Positions 20,547 to 29,117 of a DNA stretch of 64,000 bases are shown here, one piece after another. This stretch comes from an uncultured Planctomycetales bacterium (lineage in GTDB: Bacteria; Planctomycetota; MHYJ01; JACPRB01). The notes beneath the pieces were generated by a model that did not search any database, had not been told where the DNA came from, and saw only the letters and a program-made list of their open reading frames with translations. Both the position numbers and the translations under genes were made by a program. The number at the start of each line of letters is the position of its first letter. The first letter of the stretch is position 1. Location of the stretch: assembly GCA_964619955.1 (NCBI GenBank), contig CAZUJF010000004.1, positions 10,595 to 74,594 on the forward strand, written 5' to 3'.

Positions 20547-22484
20547 TCAGGGTTTCTTTTCGTCTTTGGGCTTCTTGAAGAGGCCCTTCAACCCCTCGAT
20601 CGTCTCCTTGCCCTTCTCGACTTCCTTCTTCACGTCCTCCTTGGCGGCGGGCAGGGCTTTCACATCTCCCGCCTGCAGGGACTTCGTGTGCGTGCCGAAT
20701 TTCGTGATGACGGCGTCCAGCTCCTTCTGCCCCAACGACTCCAGGCCCTTCTTGGCCAGATCCAGAAGACCCGTGCCGGTCGACATCTCAGGGGCATCGA
20801 GACGTCCGCCCAGGGTCACGTCGAAGAGGATCGGCTGCTTCGCCCCGTACGCGTTCAGGCCCTGGATCGCATAAGCGGACATCTGGGGATCGAGACCCAG
20901 GATCCGGGTTTCGCCCGGACGCGCGGCGATCTTCAATCCGTCGATGCGCAAGCTCGAAGTCGCCTGGAGGCCCCCGGCCTCCGTCCGGCCGGACAGCCCG
21001 ACGTTCGCCGTTCCCTGCTCCACCGCCACGGGCAGGCTCTTTTCGAAGAGCGCCTTCCAGGTCAGCAGCGGAGAGGCCGTCAGCTCGACCTTGCCCTCGG
21101 TGGACGCCGCCAGGACCTTGAAGTCGGCCTTGAGCGTGCCGGCCTTGCCGCCGTCCAGCGAACCTGCCGCGCTGAAGACCAGGGGCCTGCCGTTCCAACC
21201 CGGCTTGCTTGAGAGATCCGCGCCCTTGAGCTCGAAGCCGGTGAACGACGGCGTGACGGCAGGGCCGCCGCGCTCGACGACGTCGAGGCGGACGTTGCGG
21301 ACCTCGAAGAGATCCACCCGCACCCGGGGCTCCGGCCGCGTCGTTTTCCAGGCGAGCGACGCGTCATAGGCCGGGGCCTTTGGCGCCTCGACGGGTTTCT
21401 TCGCCTGGGCGGACTTTGTCCGGTACTCCTGGTATTTGCGCCAGAGCTCGTTCCAGTCCTGCGCCTTCGACTTCTGCGTCAGCCAGGTCAGGTACTCCTG
21501 CCAGGCGGCCTGCTCTCCCTCGGGGGCGTCCGGGGCCGGCTGCAGCGCGGGCAGCTTCGTGACGTTGAGCGTGCCGTCCGTCTCGCGGGCCACGCGCGTG
21601 GCGACGTCGGCGGCGGCGAGCTTCTCGAATTGCAGGCGGCCGCGGAGCAGTTCGAGGAAGCCGAGGTCCGCCTCGAGGGTCCCGATCTCGAGCAGGTTCT
21701 CCTTCGGGGCGGAGGGATCCGGCAGCTGGAAACGCTCGAGGCGCAGCTTCTGCGCGAAGAAGGAGTAGTCGATGCTCCCGAAGCTCACCTGGACGCCGAG
21801 CGCCCGGCTCGCCGTCCCCGCGGCGAGGCCGCCGATCGCGGATTGCGCATACAGCCCGCCGCCGATCGTGAGGCCGATGGCGAGCAGCGGCACGAAGACG
21901 AGCATGTAGGGCCGGAAGGGACGGAGCAGGATGAAGCGGGGTTTGCGTTCGACGAAGTCCTTCGATTTCCCGAAGATCAGGTTCACGATCAGGCGGGACA
22001 GGGGGTTCTTCGTGACGCGCTGGACCCAGGCGGCGTCGTCCCATTTTTTCGCCCACTTCGTGCGGTACTCCGCGACGCCGATGCGGGTGATGAGGGCGGC
22101 CATGGTGCCCGCGGGGAAGGCGATCGCGTAGGCGCCCGCGACGACGTAGCGCTCGAAGCCGAGGAACGCGAGCACGGGCGCGCCGGAGACGCCGGCGACG
22201 ACGTGGGAATACCAGCCTCCGCCCTCGAGCAGGGTGAAGCCCAGGGCGAAGGCGCCGGAGGCGACCAGGAAGCCGAGGGGCTTGAGCGCGGCGGCGACGA
22301 GGGCCATCGCGGCCATCGAGCAGTTCAGGAGCAGCGCGACGAGGAAGATCGCCGCCCAGTGGAGGCCCGCGGGGGTCAGGCCCCAGAGGACGCCGAAGAA
22401 GACGCCGACCGCGAGCTGGTGCGGGGTGAGGTCGGACTTGAGCTGCTGGAAGAGCTTCCGGACGAGTTTGATCAGGGTCAGCAT
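20547..22484 (-). CDS. membrane protein: N-terminal DUF2062-like domain fused to an AsmA/DUF748-like extended periplasmic domain
   Basis: Real start MLTLIKLVRK at 22484 (RBS GGGAG), ATGCTGA-coupled to the upstream NicO gene. The remaining ~2.9 kb of the 1614-aa ORF 20547..25391 is high-GC read-through (R/P/G-rich junk). Lys/Glu-rich C-terminal tail. Confidence 0.6.
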   Translation of the reverse strand: MLTLIKLVRKLFQQLKSDLTPHQLAVGVFFGVLWGLTPAGLHWAAIFLVALLLNCSMAAMALVAAALKPLGFLVASGAFALGFTLLEGGGWYSHVVAGVSGAPVLAFLGFERYVVAGAYAIAFPAGTMAALITRIGVAEYRTKWAKKWDDAAWVQRVTKNPLSRLIVNLIFGKSKDFVERKPRFILLRPFRPYMLVFVPLLAIGLTIGGGLYAQSAIGGLAAGTASRALGVQVSFGSIDYSFFAQKLRLERFQLPDPSAPKENLLEIGTLEADLGFLELLRGRLQFEKLAAADVATRVARETDGTLNVTKLPALQPAPDAPEGEQAAWQEYLTWLTQKSKAQDWNELWRKYQEYRTKSAQAKKPVEAPKAPAYDASLAWKTTRPEPRVRVDLFEVRNVRLDVVERGGPAVTPSFTGFELKGADLSSKPGWNGRPLVFSAAGSLDGGKAGTLKADFKVLAASTEGKVELTASPLLTWKALFEKSLPVAVEQGTANVGLSGRTEAGGLQATSSLRIDGLKIAARPGETRILGLDPQMSAYAIQGLNAYGAKQPILFDVTLGGRLDAPEMSTGTGLLDLAKKGLESLGQKELDAVITKFGTHTKSLQAGDVKALPAAKEDVKKEVEKGKETIEGLKGLFKKPKDEKKP

Positions 22485-23152
22485 GGGAGGACTCCCGGGA
22501 AAAGCCAGACGAGGCCGGTGAGCGCACAGGCGCCCGACGCGGTCCCCAGCATCCAGCGATACGTGCGGAGGCCGCGGTCCGCGAGGGCCCCGATGAGCGC
22601 GGCGTAGAGGGTCATGGAGGCGACGCTGCCCGCGGCGAAGCAGCCGAGGTAGGCCCCGGTTTCCAGTCCGCGGACCAAGGCGAGGCCGGGCAGAATCCCA
22701 AGCAAGTGGGCGCTGCCGCCGAGGCCGTGCAGGAGGCCGACGCCGAAGGCCGCGTGGGTATGGACGTGGGCCTCCGGGGCGGCGTGGTCTTCCTGGGGGG
22801 CGTGGACGTGGAAATGGACGTGCTCTTCGCCGTCGTGGGGGTGGGCATGGGCATGCAGGCGGCGCCGGAAAAGTCCGCGGAAGCCCCAGAGGCCCAGGAG
22901 GATGAGCGAGACGCCCGCGAGGCGATCGCTCCAGCCGGAGAGGGCGTCGAAGGTGCCGAGCCGGCGGAGTCCGAAGGCGGCGGCGGCGACGAGGAGGACG
23001 CCTCCGGAATGTCCGAGTCCCCAGCGGAGGCCGAGGGTCCAGGCGCGGCGGCGGGCGTGGAGGCTGAGGGGGGCGAGGGCGGCGAGGTGGTCGGCCCCGC
23101 TGAAGACGTGCAGGGACCCGGCGAGCAGTCCGGCGAGGCAGACGGCGGTCAT
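22478..23152 (-). CDS. NicO/RcnA-like nickel-cobalt transporter family membrane protein
   Basis: Six TM segments, an FSGADHLAA motif (H-x4-DH signature) and a His-rich loop HAHAHPHDGEEHVHFHVHAPQEDHAAPEAHVHTH. Confidence 0.6.
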   Translation of the reverse strand: MTAVCLAGLLAGSLHVFSGADHLAALAPLSLHARRRAWTLGLRWGLGHSGGVLLVAAAAFGLRRLGTFDALSGWSDRLAGVSLILLGLWGFRGLFRRRLHAHAHPHDGEEHVHFHVHAPQEDHAAPEAHVHTHAAFGVGLLHGLGGSAHLLGILPGLALVRGLETGAYLGCFAAGSVASMTLYAALIGALADRGLRTYRWMLGTASGACALTGLVWLFPGVLPC

Positions 23153-23208
23153 GGCGGGGGCTGATGCTACCCGCTTTCACACGATCCGTCAAAAACACCC
23201 GCCGCCAA

Positions 23209-23272
23209 GGGCAACAAACCAGCCCGTCTGCTTTGTTGCCTGGACAAGGCAACAAAGCAGACGGGTTTGTTG
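23209..23272. repeat. nested palindromic repeat element, copy 2 of 3 (slightly degenerate right arm)
   Basis: CAACAAACCAGCCCGTCTGCTTTGTTGCC-tggacaa-GGCAACAAAGCAGACGGGTTTGTTG. Sits in the divergent intergenic region between the NicO and DUF900 genes. Confidence 0.8.
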
Positions 23273-23339
23273 AGTTTTCGATATCTCTTGAACCCCCCGA
23301 AGCCGGATTGCAGACTGTGGCGCACTTGAGGAGACGCAC

Positions 23340-24302
23340 ATGCCGCGCTACTGGATGATTTCGAACCGGGAAGTGTCGGGCTCGGGGCTCGGGTCCGACC
23401 ACGCCCCGCTCAGCTACTGGGTGAGCGACGCCGCCGTCCTCAACCAGCTCAAGGGGTGGAAGAAGACCACCAAGGAGCGCTTCCACAGCCTCTTGCTGAA
23501 GGCGGCGGACGGGTTCCCGGTCCTCCCCCCGGAACAGCATGAACGCCAGAAACACGTGACGCTCTTCGTTCACGGCTACAACAACTCCTGGGACGAGGCG
23601 GCGGCGCGCTACCAGTCGATCTGCTCCCGCCTGGTGGAGCCGAACAAGCTGGGGGTCTGCGTCCTCTTCACGTGGCCCTCGGACGGCATGGCGACGAACT
23701 ACCTGCCGGACCGGGCGGACGCGCGGCGCTCGGGGGCGGATTTGGCGGACGTGCTCTCGGACCTCTACGACTGGCTCCTGGGCAAGCAGGCGGCGGGGGC
23801 GGCGGACGATGCGAAGGCGTGCAAGGCGAAGACCTCGCTGATCGCCCACAGCATGGGCAACTACGTGCTGCAGAACGCGCTCCAGGCGGTCTGGACGCGG
23901 AAGAACCGCCCGCTGCTGCTGAGTCTGATCAATCAGCTGGTGATGGTGGCGGCGGACGTGGACAACGATCTGTTCTCGAGCGGCGAGGATTCCGACGGGA
24001 GCGACGGGGATGCGATCGCGAACCTCAGCTACCGGATCACGGCGCTGTATACGGGGCTGGATTCGGTGCTGGGGCTCTCGGCGGGCATGAAGCATTTCGG
24101 CAAGCGGCGGCTGGGCCGGAGCGGGCTGGATTCGCGGGTGCGCAAGCCGGACAACGTCTGGGACATCGACTGCACGCGCTGGCTGAAGAGCAAGTCGGGG
24201 ACGCATTCCGCCTATTTCGAGACGCCGGAGGTGCTGGACCTGATGCACAAGCTGCTGATCGGACGCGACCGCAGCGTGCTGCAGTCCACGCTGCTCGCCT
24301 GA
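23340..24302 (+). CDS. DUF900-family alpha/beta hydrolase
   Basis: RBS GAGGAG, then ATG. Motifs LFVHGYNNSWDEA, LFTWPSDG, IAHSMGNYV (nucleophile elbow) and VMVAADVD. Pattern of PF05990. Confidence 0.7.
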   Translation: MPRYWMISNREVSGSGLGSDHAPLSYWVSDAAVLNQLKGWKKTTKERFHSLLLKAADGFPVLPPEQHERQKHVTLFVHGYNNSWDEAAARYQSICSRLVEPNKLGVCVLFTWPSDGMATNYLPDRADARRSGADLADVLSDLYDWLLGKQAAGAADDAKACKAKTSLIAHSMGNYVLQNALQAVWTRKNRPLLLSLINQLVMVAADVDNDLFSSGEDSDGSDGDAIANLSYRITALYTGLDSVLGLSAGMKHFGKRRLGRSGLDSRVRKPDNVWDIDCTRWLKSKSGTHSAYFETPEVLDLMHKLLIGRDRSVLQSTLLA

Positions 24303-24304
24303 GC

Positions 24305-25021
24305 TCAGAGGACCAGGCCGACGCCGTAGCGTTTGAGCCAGCGCTCCTGCTCGGCGTAGTCCGGGCACAACTCGGCGACCCGCGCCCAGAAGCGCTTCGA
24401 GTGGTTGGGCACCGTGAGGTGCGCCAGTTCGTGCGCCACGAGATAACGTGCGACGGGCTCCGGCGCCAGCAGCAGGCGCCAGTGGAACGCGAGCGTGCCG
24501 TTCGGAGAGCAGGACCCCCAGCGGCGCCGCGCATCGCTCACCCGCACCCGCCGCACCGTCAGATCGAAGCGCCGGGAGGCCTCCCCCACCCACGCGTTGA
24601 AGACGCGCTCCGCCTCGGCGGCGTACCAGGCCTGCAACGCCTTGCGCAGCGTGCCGGGGACGCGACGCGGGACCCGGACCTGCAGGACGTCCCCCTCGCG
24701 ACGGACCTCGGGCGCAGCGGCGAGCCCGACCTCGAGGCGCAGGTCCCGTCCCAGATACGGCAGCGAGGAGCCGTGCTCCAGGATGCGGACGGGAACGCGT
24801 TCCGCCAGGCGCTGCATGCGTCCGAGGGCGCGGAAGAGCCAGCGACGACGGCGGCGGAGGAAGTCCAGGGCCTGGGCTTCGCCCTGTCCGGCGGGGACGA
24901 AGACGCGCAGCCCGCGATGCAGGCCGACCTCGGCGCGGATGCCCCGCGCGCGCGGGCTGATGTTGAGCTGGAACTCCAGGGTCCGGCCCTCGATCTGGCC
25001 GCTCGCCGCCCTCGTCTCCAT
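24305..25021 (-). CDS. YgjP-like M48/DUF45 family metal-dependent hydrolase
   Basis: The C-terminal HExxH motif YLVAHELAHL and ...VPNHSKRFW are characteristic of YgjP/DUF45 (WLM/SprT-like). Confidence 0.75.
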   Translation of the reverse strand: METRAASGQIEGRTLEFQLNISPRARGIRAEVGLHRGLRVFVPAGQGEAQALDFLRRRRRWLFRALGRMQRLAERVPVRILEHGSSLPYLGRDLRLEVGLAAAPEVRREGDVLQVRVPRRVPGTLRKALQAWYAAEAERVFNAWVGEASRRFDLTVRRVRVSDARRRWGSCSPNGTLAFHWRLLLAPEPVARYLVAHELAHLTVPNHSKRFWARVAELCPDYAEQERWLKRYGVGLVL

Positions 25022-25173
25022 CCCGGCACCCTACAGAATTTCGCGCCGAAATGCATTTTTCCTGTCGACTCCCGGGCCCTTCGGCGCACTTCATGGGTGA
25101 ACGACGATCCATATTGTTGCAACATGGGTTGTCGTTTGTTAAAACCCGATGGATCGTTGAAAGGGAGCTTCGA

Positions 25174-27192
25174 ATGGGACGCGCGCCGCTGCTGATCGCC
25201 CTGTGTCTGACGGCCTCCTGCATGACCCCGGCGGCTCCGCCGTCCGAGCCGTCGCCCGCCGCCCCCGCGGCTCCGCAAGCCGATCCCGGCCGCGACGTCC
25301 TGCACCTCGGTTCGGGCGAACGCGTGAGCGGCCGCATCGTGGAGGAAACCCCGCGCTCGGTCAGCATCGACCGCGGCGAGTACGTGTCCACCTACCCCCG
25401 CAGCTCGGTCGTCAGCATCGACTACCGCAAGGACCGGGCGGCCCCCGGCCGGCCCCTGCCGGACGCGGAGCCGGCCCCCGTCCAGCCCCCGACCTCCTGG
25501 CTGCCCCGCCGGCACGACCGGGAAGCCGTCGAGCAGACGGAGGTCCTCTTCTACGACAGCCACGAGCCCGCGGACTGCCTGGGCGCGGACCTGGCCAAGA
25601 TGCACCTGGAACTGCCCGACATCGCCCTCTTCGCCGATCCCGGCGGGAAGCTCCGCATCCACGACCCCAAGCGCTGGGGCTACCACGCGCACCTCGCGCC
25701 GCAGGCCCTGCGGGTGCCCCAGGGAAAACCCGGCCTGACGATCGACGTGCCGAAGGAGGAGGGACGGATCCCGGAGTGGCTGACGCTCGTCAGCCCCGCG
25801 CAGGAAGTGCGGGTGGCGGCATCGGAAGAGGGAGGCAAGGCCGCGCCGAGGTCCAGCTACGCGCTGCCCGACGTCCTGCATGCGCGGCTGCGTCCGCTCG
25901 GGGCGTCCGGGGCGATGCTCGCCTCGCAGGCGTTCAGCGGCGGCAAGCCTGCGACGACGCCCAACGGGACGATGTGGGCGTTCACGCTGCCCCGCAACAA
26001 CCGGCAGTTCATCGTCTACCTGCTGGACCCGGAGAAGCGCCACGGCGAGATCCTCAACGCGTCGTACATCGGGTACGGGGACACGCTGCTGGCGGCGGAC
26101 CTGATGGTGGACACGGTCGGCGCCGACGGCGTGACCCGGGGGCGGGTGCTGGTGGTGCCGTACCCCGACTCGGTGAACGCGGACGGCCCGGGGGTGGAGC
26201 CGCTCATCGTCTACGCCGGCCCGCTGCAGGACCCGACGACGATCGTGCGCCTGGCGCTGCCGCCGCGGGAGGCGGTCCAGATGCCGGCCAAGGCGGCGTC
26301 GACGCGGGCGGACGTCCTCGTCAGCCACTACGACGTCTCGCGGCACATCCCGCAGTCCATCGTTCTGGCGCACGGCACGGGGCGTCCGACGCAGGGGATG
26401 ACGCTGAAGTCGAGGGAGCTGACGCCCGAGGCGCCGGACGAGATCGTGAAGATCGATCTGACGGCGCTGCCGGAGGAGCGCTTCCCCGCCGTGGCGTGGT
26501 TCTATCAGCGCCGGGTTTTCCACTGGCGCTGGACGGGCGGGCGGCTCGGGCAGAGCGCCCCGCCGACGGCGGTCCCGCCGGGGTCCGCCGGCCCGCTGAA
26601 GCGGGTGAAGCGGCACGACTCGATCGCGCACCTGGTGCCGCTGCTGTTCACGGGACCGAAGCCGCCGGCGGCGTCGTCCGCGGCGCGCGGGGCGGGTCCG
26701 GGGGCGGGCGTGGCGGGCGGCATGGCGAACGCGCTGCTGCAATCCTCCCTGGGCCGGGCCTGGGGCGGCGGCGGCTCGACGGGCAACCTCGCTCCCGCGA
26801 CGGGAAGCGCGCCCGTCTCGGGCGGAGGGGAAAGCGGGCCGATCTCGAACATCACGTACGTCTACATCACGGCGCCGCCGCACGTGCCTTCCGGGGACGT
26901 GGGCGGCGGGGGCTACGGCGGGGGCGGCGGCATGACGGGCCAGTACCTGTCGACCTACGGGACCTCGGGGGTCGGCCAGCTGCCCGGCGGCTACCGAAGC
27001 GCCTTCTCCCCGATGCCCGCGATGGGCACGATCAACCAGAACAGCGGCCAGATCAGCAACTCCCAAGGCAACGTGGTCTACGACCCGCAGACAGGCGCCG
27101 TGCAGCAGCAGGGGGGTGGGAACCAGCAGGAGATGTATGTTGATCAGGGGGGAAACGTAAACGTGAGAGTTAACCGGAGGAACGGCCCCTGA
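25174..27192 (+). CDS. hypothetical lipoprotein with a Gly/Gln/Asn-rich low-complexity C-terminus
   Basis: RBS AAGGGAG, then ATG at 25174. Lipobox LTASC. The C-terminal ~150 aa are G/Q/N/S-rich (GGGGYGGGGGMTGQY...NQNSGQISNSQGN..QQQGGGNQQ). No recognised domain. Confidence 0.6.
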   Translation: MGRAPLLIALCLTASCMTPAAPPSEPSPAAPAAPQADPGRDVLHLGSGERVSGRIVEETPRSVSIDRGEYVSTYPRSSVVSIDYRKDRAAPGRPLPDAEPAPVQPPTSWLPRRHDREAVEQTEVLFYDSHEPADCLGADLAKMHLELPDIALFADPGGKLRIHDPKRWGYHAHLAPQALRVPQGKPGLTIDVPKEEGRIPEWLTLVSPAQEVRVAASEEGGKAAPRSSYALPDVLHARLRPLGASGAMLASQAFSGGKPATTPNGTMWAFTLPRNNRQFIVYLLDPEKRHGEILNASYIGYGDTLLAADLMVDTVGADGVTRGRVLVVPYPDSVNADGPGVEPLIVYAGPLQDPTTIVRLALPPREAVQMPAKAASTRADVLVSHYDVSRHIPQSIVLAHGTGRPTQGMTLKSRELTPEAPDEIVKIDLTALPEERFPAVAWFYQRRVFHWRWTGGRLGQSAPPTAVPPGSAGPLKRVKRHDSIAHLVPLLFTGPKPPAASSAARGAGPGAGVAGGMANALLQSSLGRAWGGGGSTGNLAPATGSAPVSGGGESGPISNITYVYITAPPHVPSGDVGGGGYGGGGGMTGQYLSTYGTSGVGQLPGGYRSAFSPMPAMGTINQNSGQISNSQGNVVYDPQTGAVQQQGGGNQQEMYVDQGGNVNVRVNRRNGP

Positions 27193-27214
27193 TCACCCGA
27201 TTCTCAAGCGAGTC

Positions 27215-29068
27215 CTACTTTCCAATCCCCGCCGCTTGCGTAGCCACATCCTTATAGAGAACGGCTCTCTTCAGGAAGAGCAGCGCAAAGGATGTATCTA
27301 CGATGCTACACCCTTGAATCCCTGTCCAACTCCCAGCACGATCTTGTGCAGCCAAAAGCAGGGAGGCTCCTTCAGAATACCAAGAATGCCCCTGAGCGGA
27401 CTTGAGGTTGCTCAAGATCCCAGCTCGCTCCAAGGAAAAGAGATGGTAATAGAGCATCCCGGGCCCCCACCAAAGACCGCCAGGATGGCTGCCCCGGACA
27501 CTGAAAGTGAGTGACACCCATCCCCACCCACCCCAAAACATCCGGTCCCACTCGACCTCGGAGGAGGCATCCCAATCACCCAGCAACTGCAGCTCAGAAC
27601 GGACAAGAGCAATACTTGTCAAAATCGCGGTCACCATGGTCGTATTCGAAGTACTGGACCAAGATGCTCCCCGAACAATCGAACTATAGTATTGCCATCC
27701 CACAGGATAGACCTTCTTAGCAGGCATTACCCCATTGGCAAAATCGAGCGAAAGCTCCAATTCTCGACCAACCGGCGTCCCCTGAGTCTCGATACACTTA
27801 AAGGCCTTACGCCACACCATCGGTGAAATCCGGACTCCAAAGCGTGAAGCTGCCCTTAGCCCCAAGAGGGCGTATTGCATCGAGGAGAAGTTGAGTTCGT
27901 CATGACCTCGCGTGTACCCAAACGACCCATCCTTTGATTGGCAGTCCACCAAGAACGCCGCACTTAGGGCCGCCTGCTCCCTATCCTTCGCTGAAATACG
28001 CTTCTGCAACTCAATCCGAAGTTCCTGTTCAGTCATCTTCTCCAACATTCTGGAATCCAATTCGGACAGATACCGAGCCTCCAACGCGCTCAGAAACAGA
28101 GCGTGGTCGTAGGCTTGGGAGGTCTTCCGGCTGCCCAAGAATGCGAAGGCCCGCAATATTCGAGGGTCCTTCGCTGGCACGCCCGAATGAAGGAGTGCTT
28201 CCACGGCCAGCCCCGTGGAACCGTAAGACCCCAACGTGGCAATCGGATATCCTGATCGGTCTCCGAAAGACCCATCAGCACCTTGCTGAGTAAGGAGCCA
28301 CTTCATCCCACGTTCAATGGCTTCCGGAACAGCACCGTTGATCTCCCCCTCAAGATCTTTGCTCACATACCGCGAAAGCCTGAATTCCCTTGCCCCTTCC
28401 ACCGCCACAGTAAGTCCTGCGCTCCCCAATTTCAGAAACTCCTGGCCCTTGCCCGAAACTTGGTAATGCGCAGCGACAATCTTTCCATCCGAAAGATCCG
28501 TGAGTCGCTGAAACCGCATGGCGATCACAGACTTCTTGTCGTCCCAACGAACCTTTCGCTCGACCCAAAGTCCGCGAACAACAGTGACGACCCCCTCGAC
28601 AAGGGCACCTTGTTCCAAAATCCACGCGGGTGCGTCAGTCTGACTTCGCAGCTTAGCGGCCTTCAACACATCCTCCGCGGCAGCTTTCCCGACTCGTATC
28701 ACCTTGAACGTGATCTGGGCTTTCAGGGGCTCCATCAACCCAAGCGAATCAGAGAAGTATTGATGCTCCTGGCCCCACTGCTGCCCGACACCCTTGGGTT
28801 CAACGACCGGCGCGAACAGAAGACTCAAGAGTAGATCGTTGACACCACTCGCCCGCATACCGGAAGAAGCTTCGCAGCCCAGCAGAGCGAAATCGGGCAA
28901 CAAAACACCTCTCGTCCCATCCGTCACCTGATAGGTCAGAAGAGTCTCGTGCCCACCGCGGAATCTCAGATCGACGTCGGCGTTCTGTACAGCCGCAGGA
29001 CTAAATTGAGTCAGGAGAAACGCGAAAACCAACTCCTTGCGAACGCATCGAGATAAGAGGGAACCCAT
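27215..29068 (-). CDS. secreted alpha/alpha-toroid repeat protein (prenyltransferase/squalene-cyclase-like repeats) encoded on a low-GC island
   Basis: Signal peptide MGSLLSRCVRKELVFAFLLTQFSPAAV. Repeats of the type WLLTQQGADGSFGD...GSYGSTGLAVEALLHSG and DCQSKDGSFGY.....QYALLGLRAASRFG. About 52% GC against a ~70% background, with AT-rich codons (aaa, tta, ata). Confidence 0.65.
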   Translation of the reverse strand: MGSLLSRCVRKELVFAFLLTQFSPAAVQNADVDLRFRGGHETLLTYQVTDGTRGVLLPDFALLGCEASSGMRASGVNDLLLSLLFAPVVEPKGVGQQWGQEHQYFSDSLGLMEPLKAQITFKVIRVGKAAAEDVLKAAKLRSQTDAPAWILEQGALVEGVVTVVRGLWVERKVRWDDKKSVIAMRFQRLTDLSDGKIVAAHYQVSGKGQEFLKLGSAGLTVAVEGAREFRLSRYVSKDLEGEINGAVPEAIERGMKWLLTQQGADGSFGDRSGYPIATLGSYGSTGLAVEALLHSGVPAKDPRILRAFAFLGSRKTSQAYDHALFLSALEARYLSELDSRMLEKMTEQELRIELQKRISAKDREQAALSAAFLVDCQSKDGSFGYTRGHDELNFSSMQYALLGLRAASRFGVRISPMVWRKAFKCIETQGTPVGRELELSLDFANGVMPAKKVYPVGWQYYSSIVRGASWSSTSNTTMVTAILTSIALVRSELQLLGDWDASSEVEWDRMFWGGWGWVSLTFSVRGSHPGGLWWGPGMLYYHLFSLERAGILSNLKSAQGHSWYSEGASLLLAAQDRAGSWTGIQGCSIVDTSFALLFLKRAVLYKDVATQAAGIGK

Positions 29069-29117
29069 ATGGGTGATTATAGACGTTCTGGGCTATTCAA
29101 ACAACTTCGAGCCCAGC

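Noticed and set aside
17541-21212. 1223-aa plus-strand ORF
   Set aside because: It is antisense to the PSD1 gene 17376..20492 and to part of the DUF2062/AsmA gene. The translation is R/G/L-rich with no domains.
20547-25391. 1614-aa minus-strand ORF taken at full length
   Set aside because: Only the 3' 1.9 kb (to the ATG at 22484) is protein-like. Upstream it runs through the NicO gene in another frame and antisense through the DUF900 and M48 genes.
24559-27143. 835-aa (-) and 646-aa (+) ORFs over the lipoprotein gene
   Set aside because: They are out of frame or antisense relative to the lipoprotein frame 25174..27192. The translations are R/G/P-rich.
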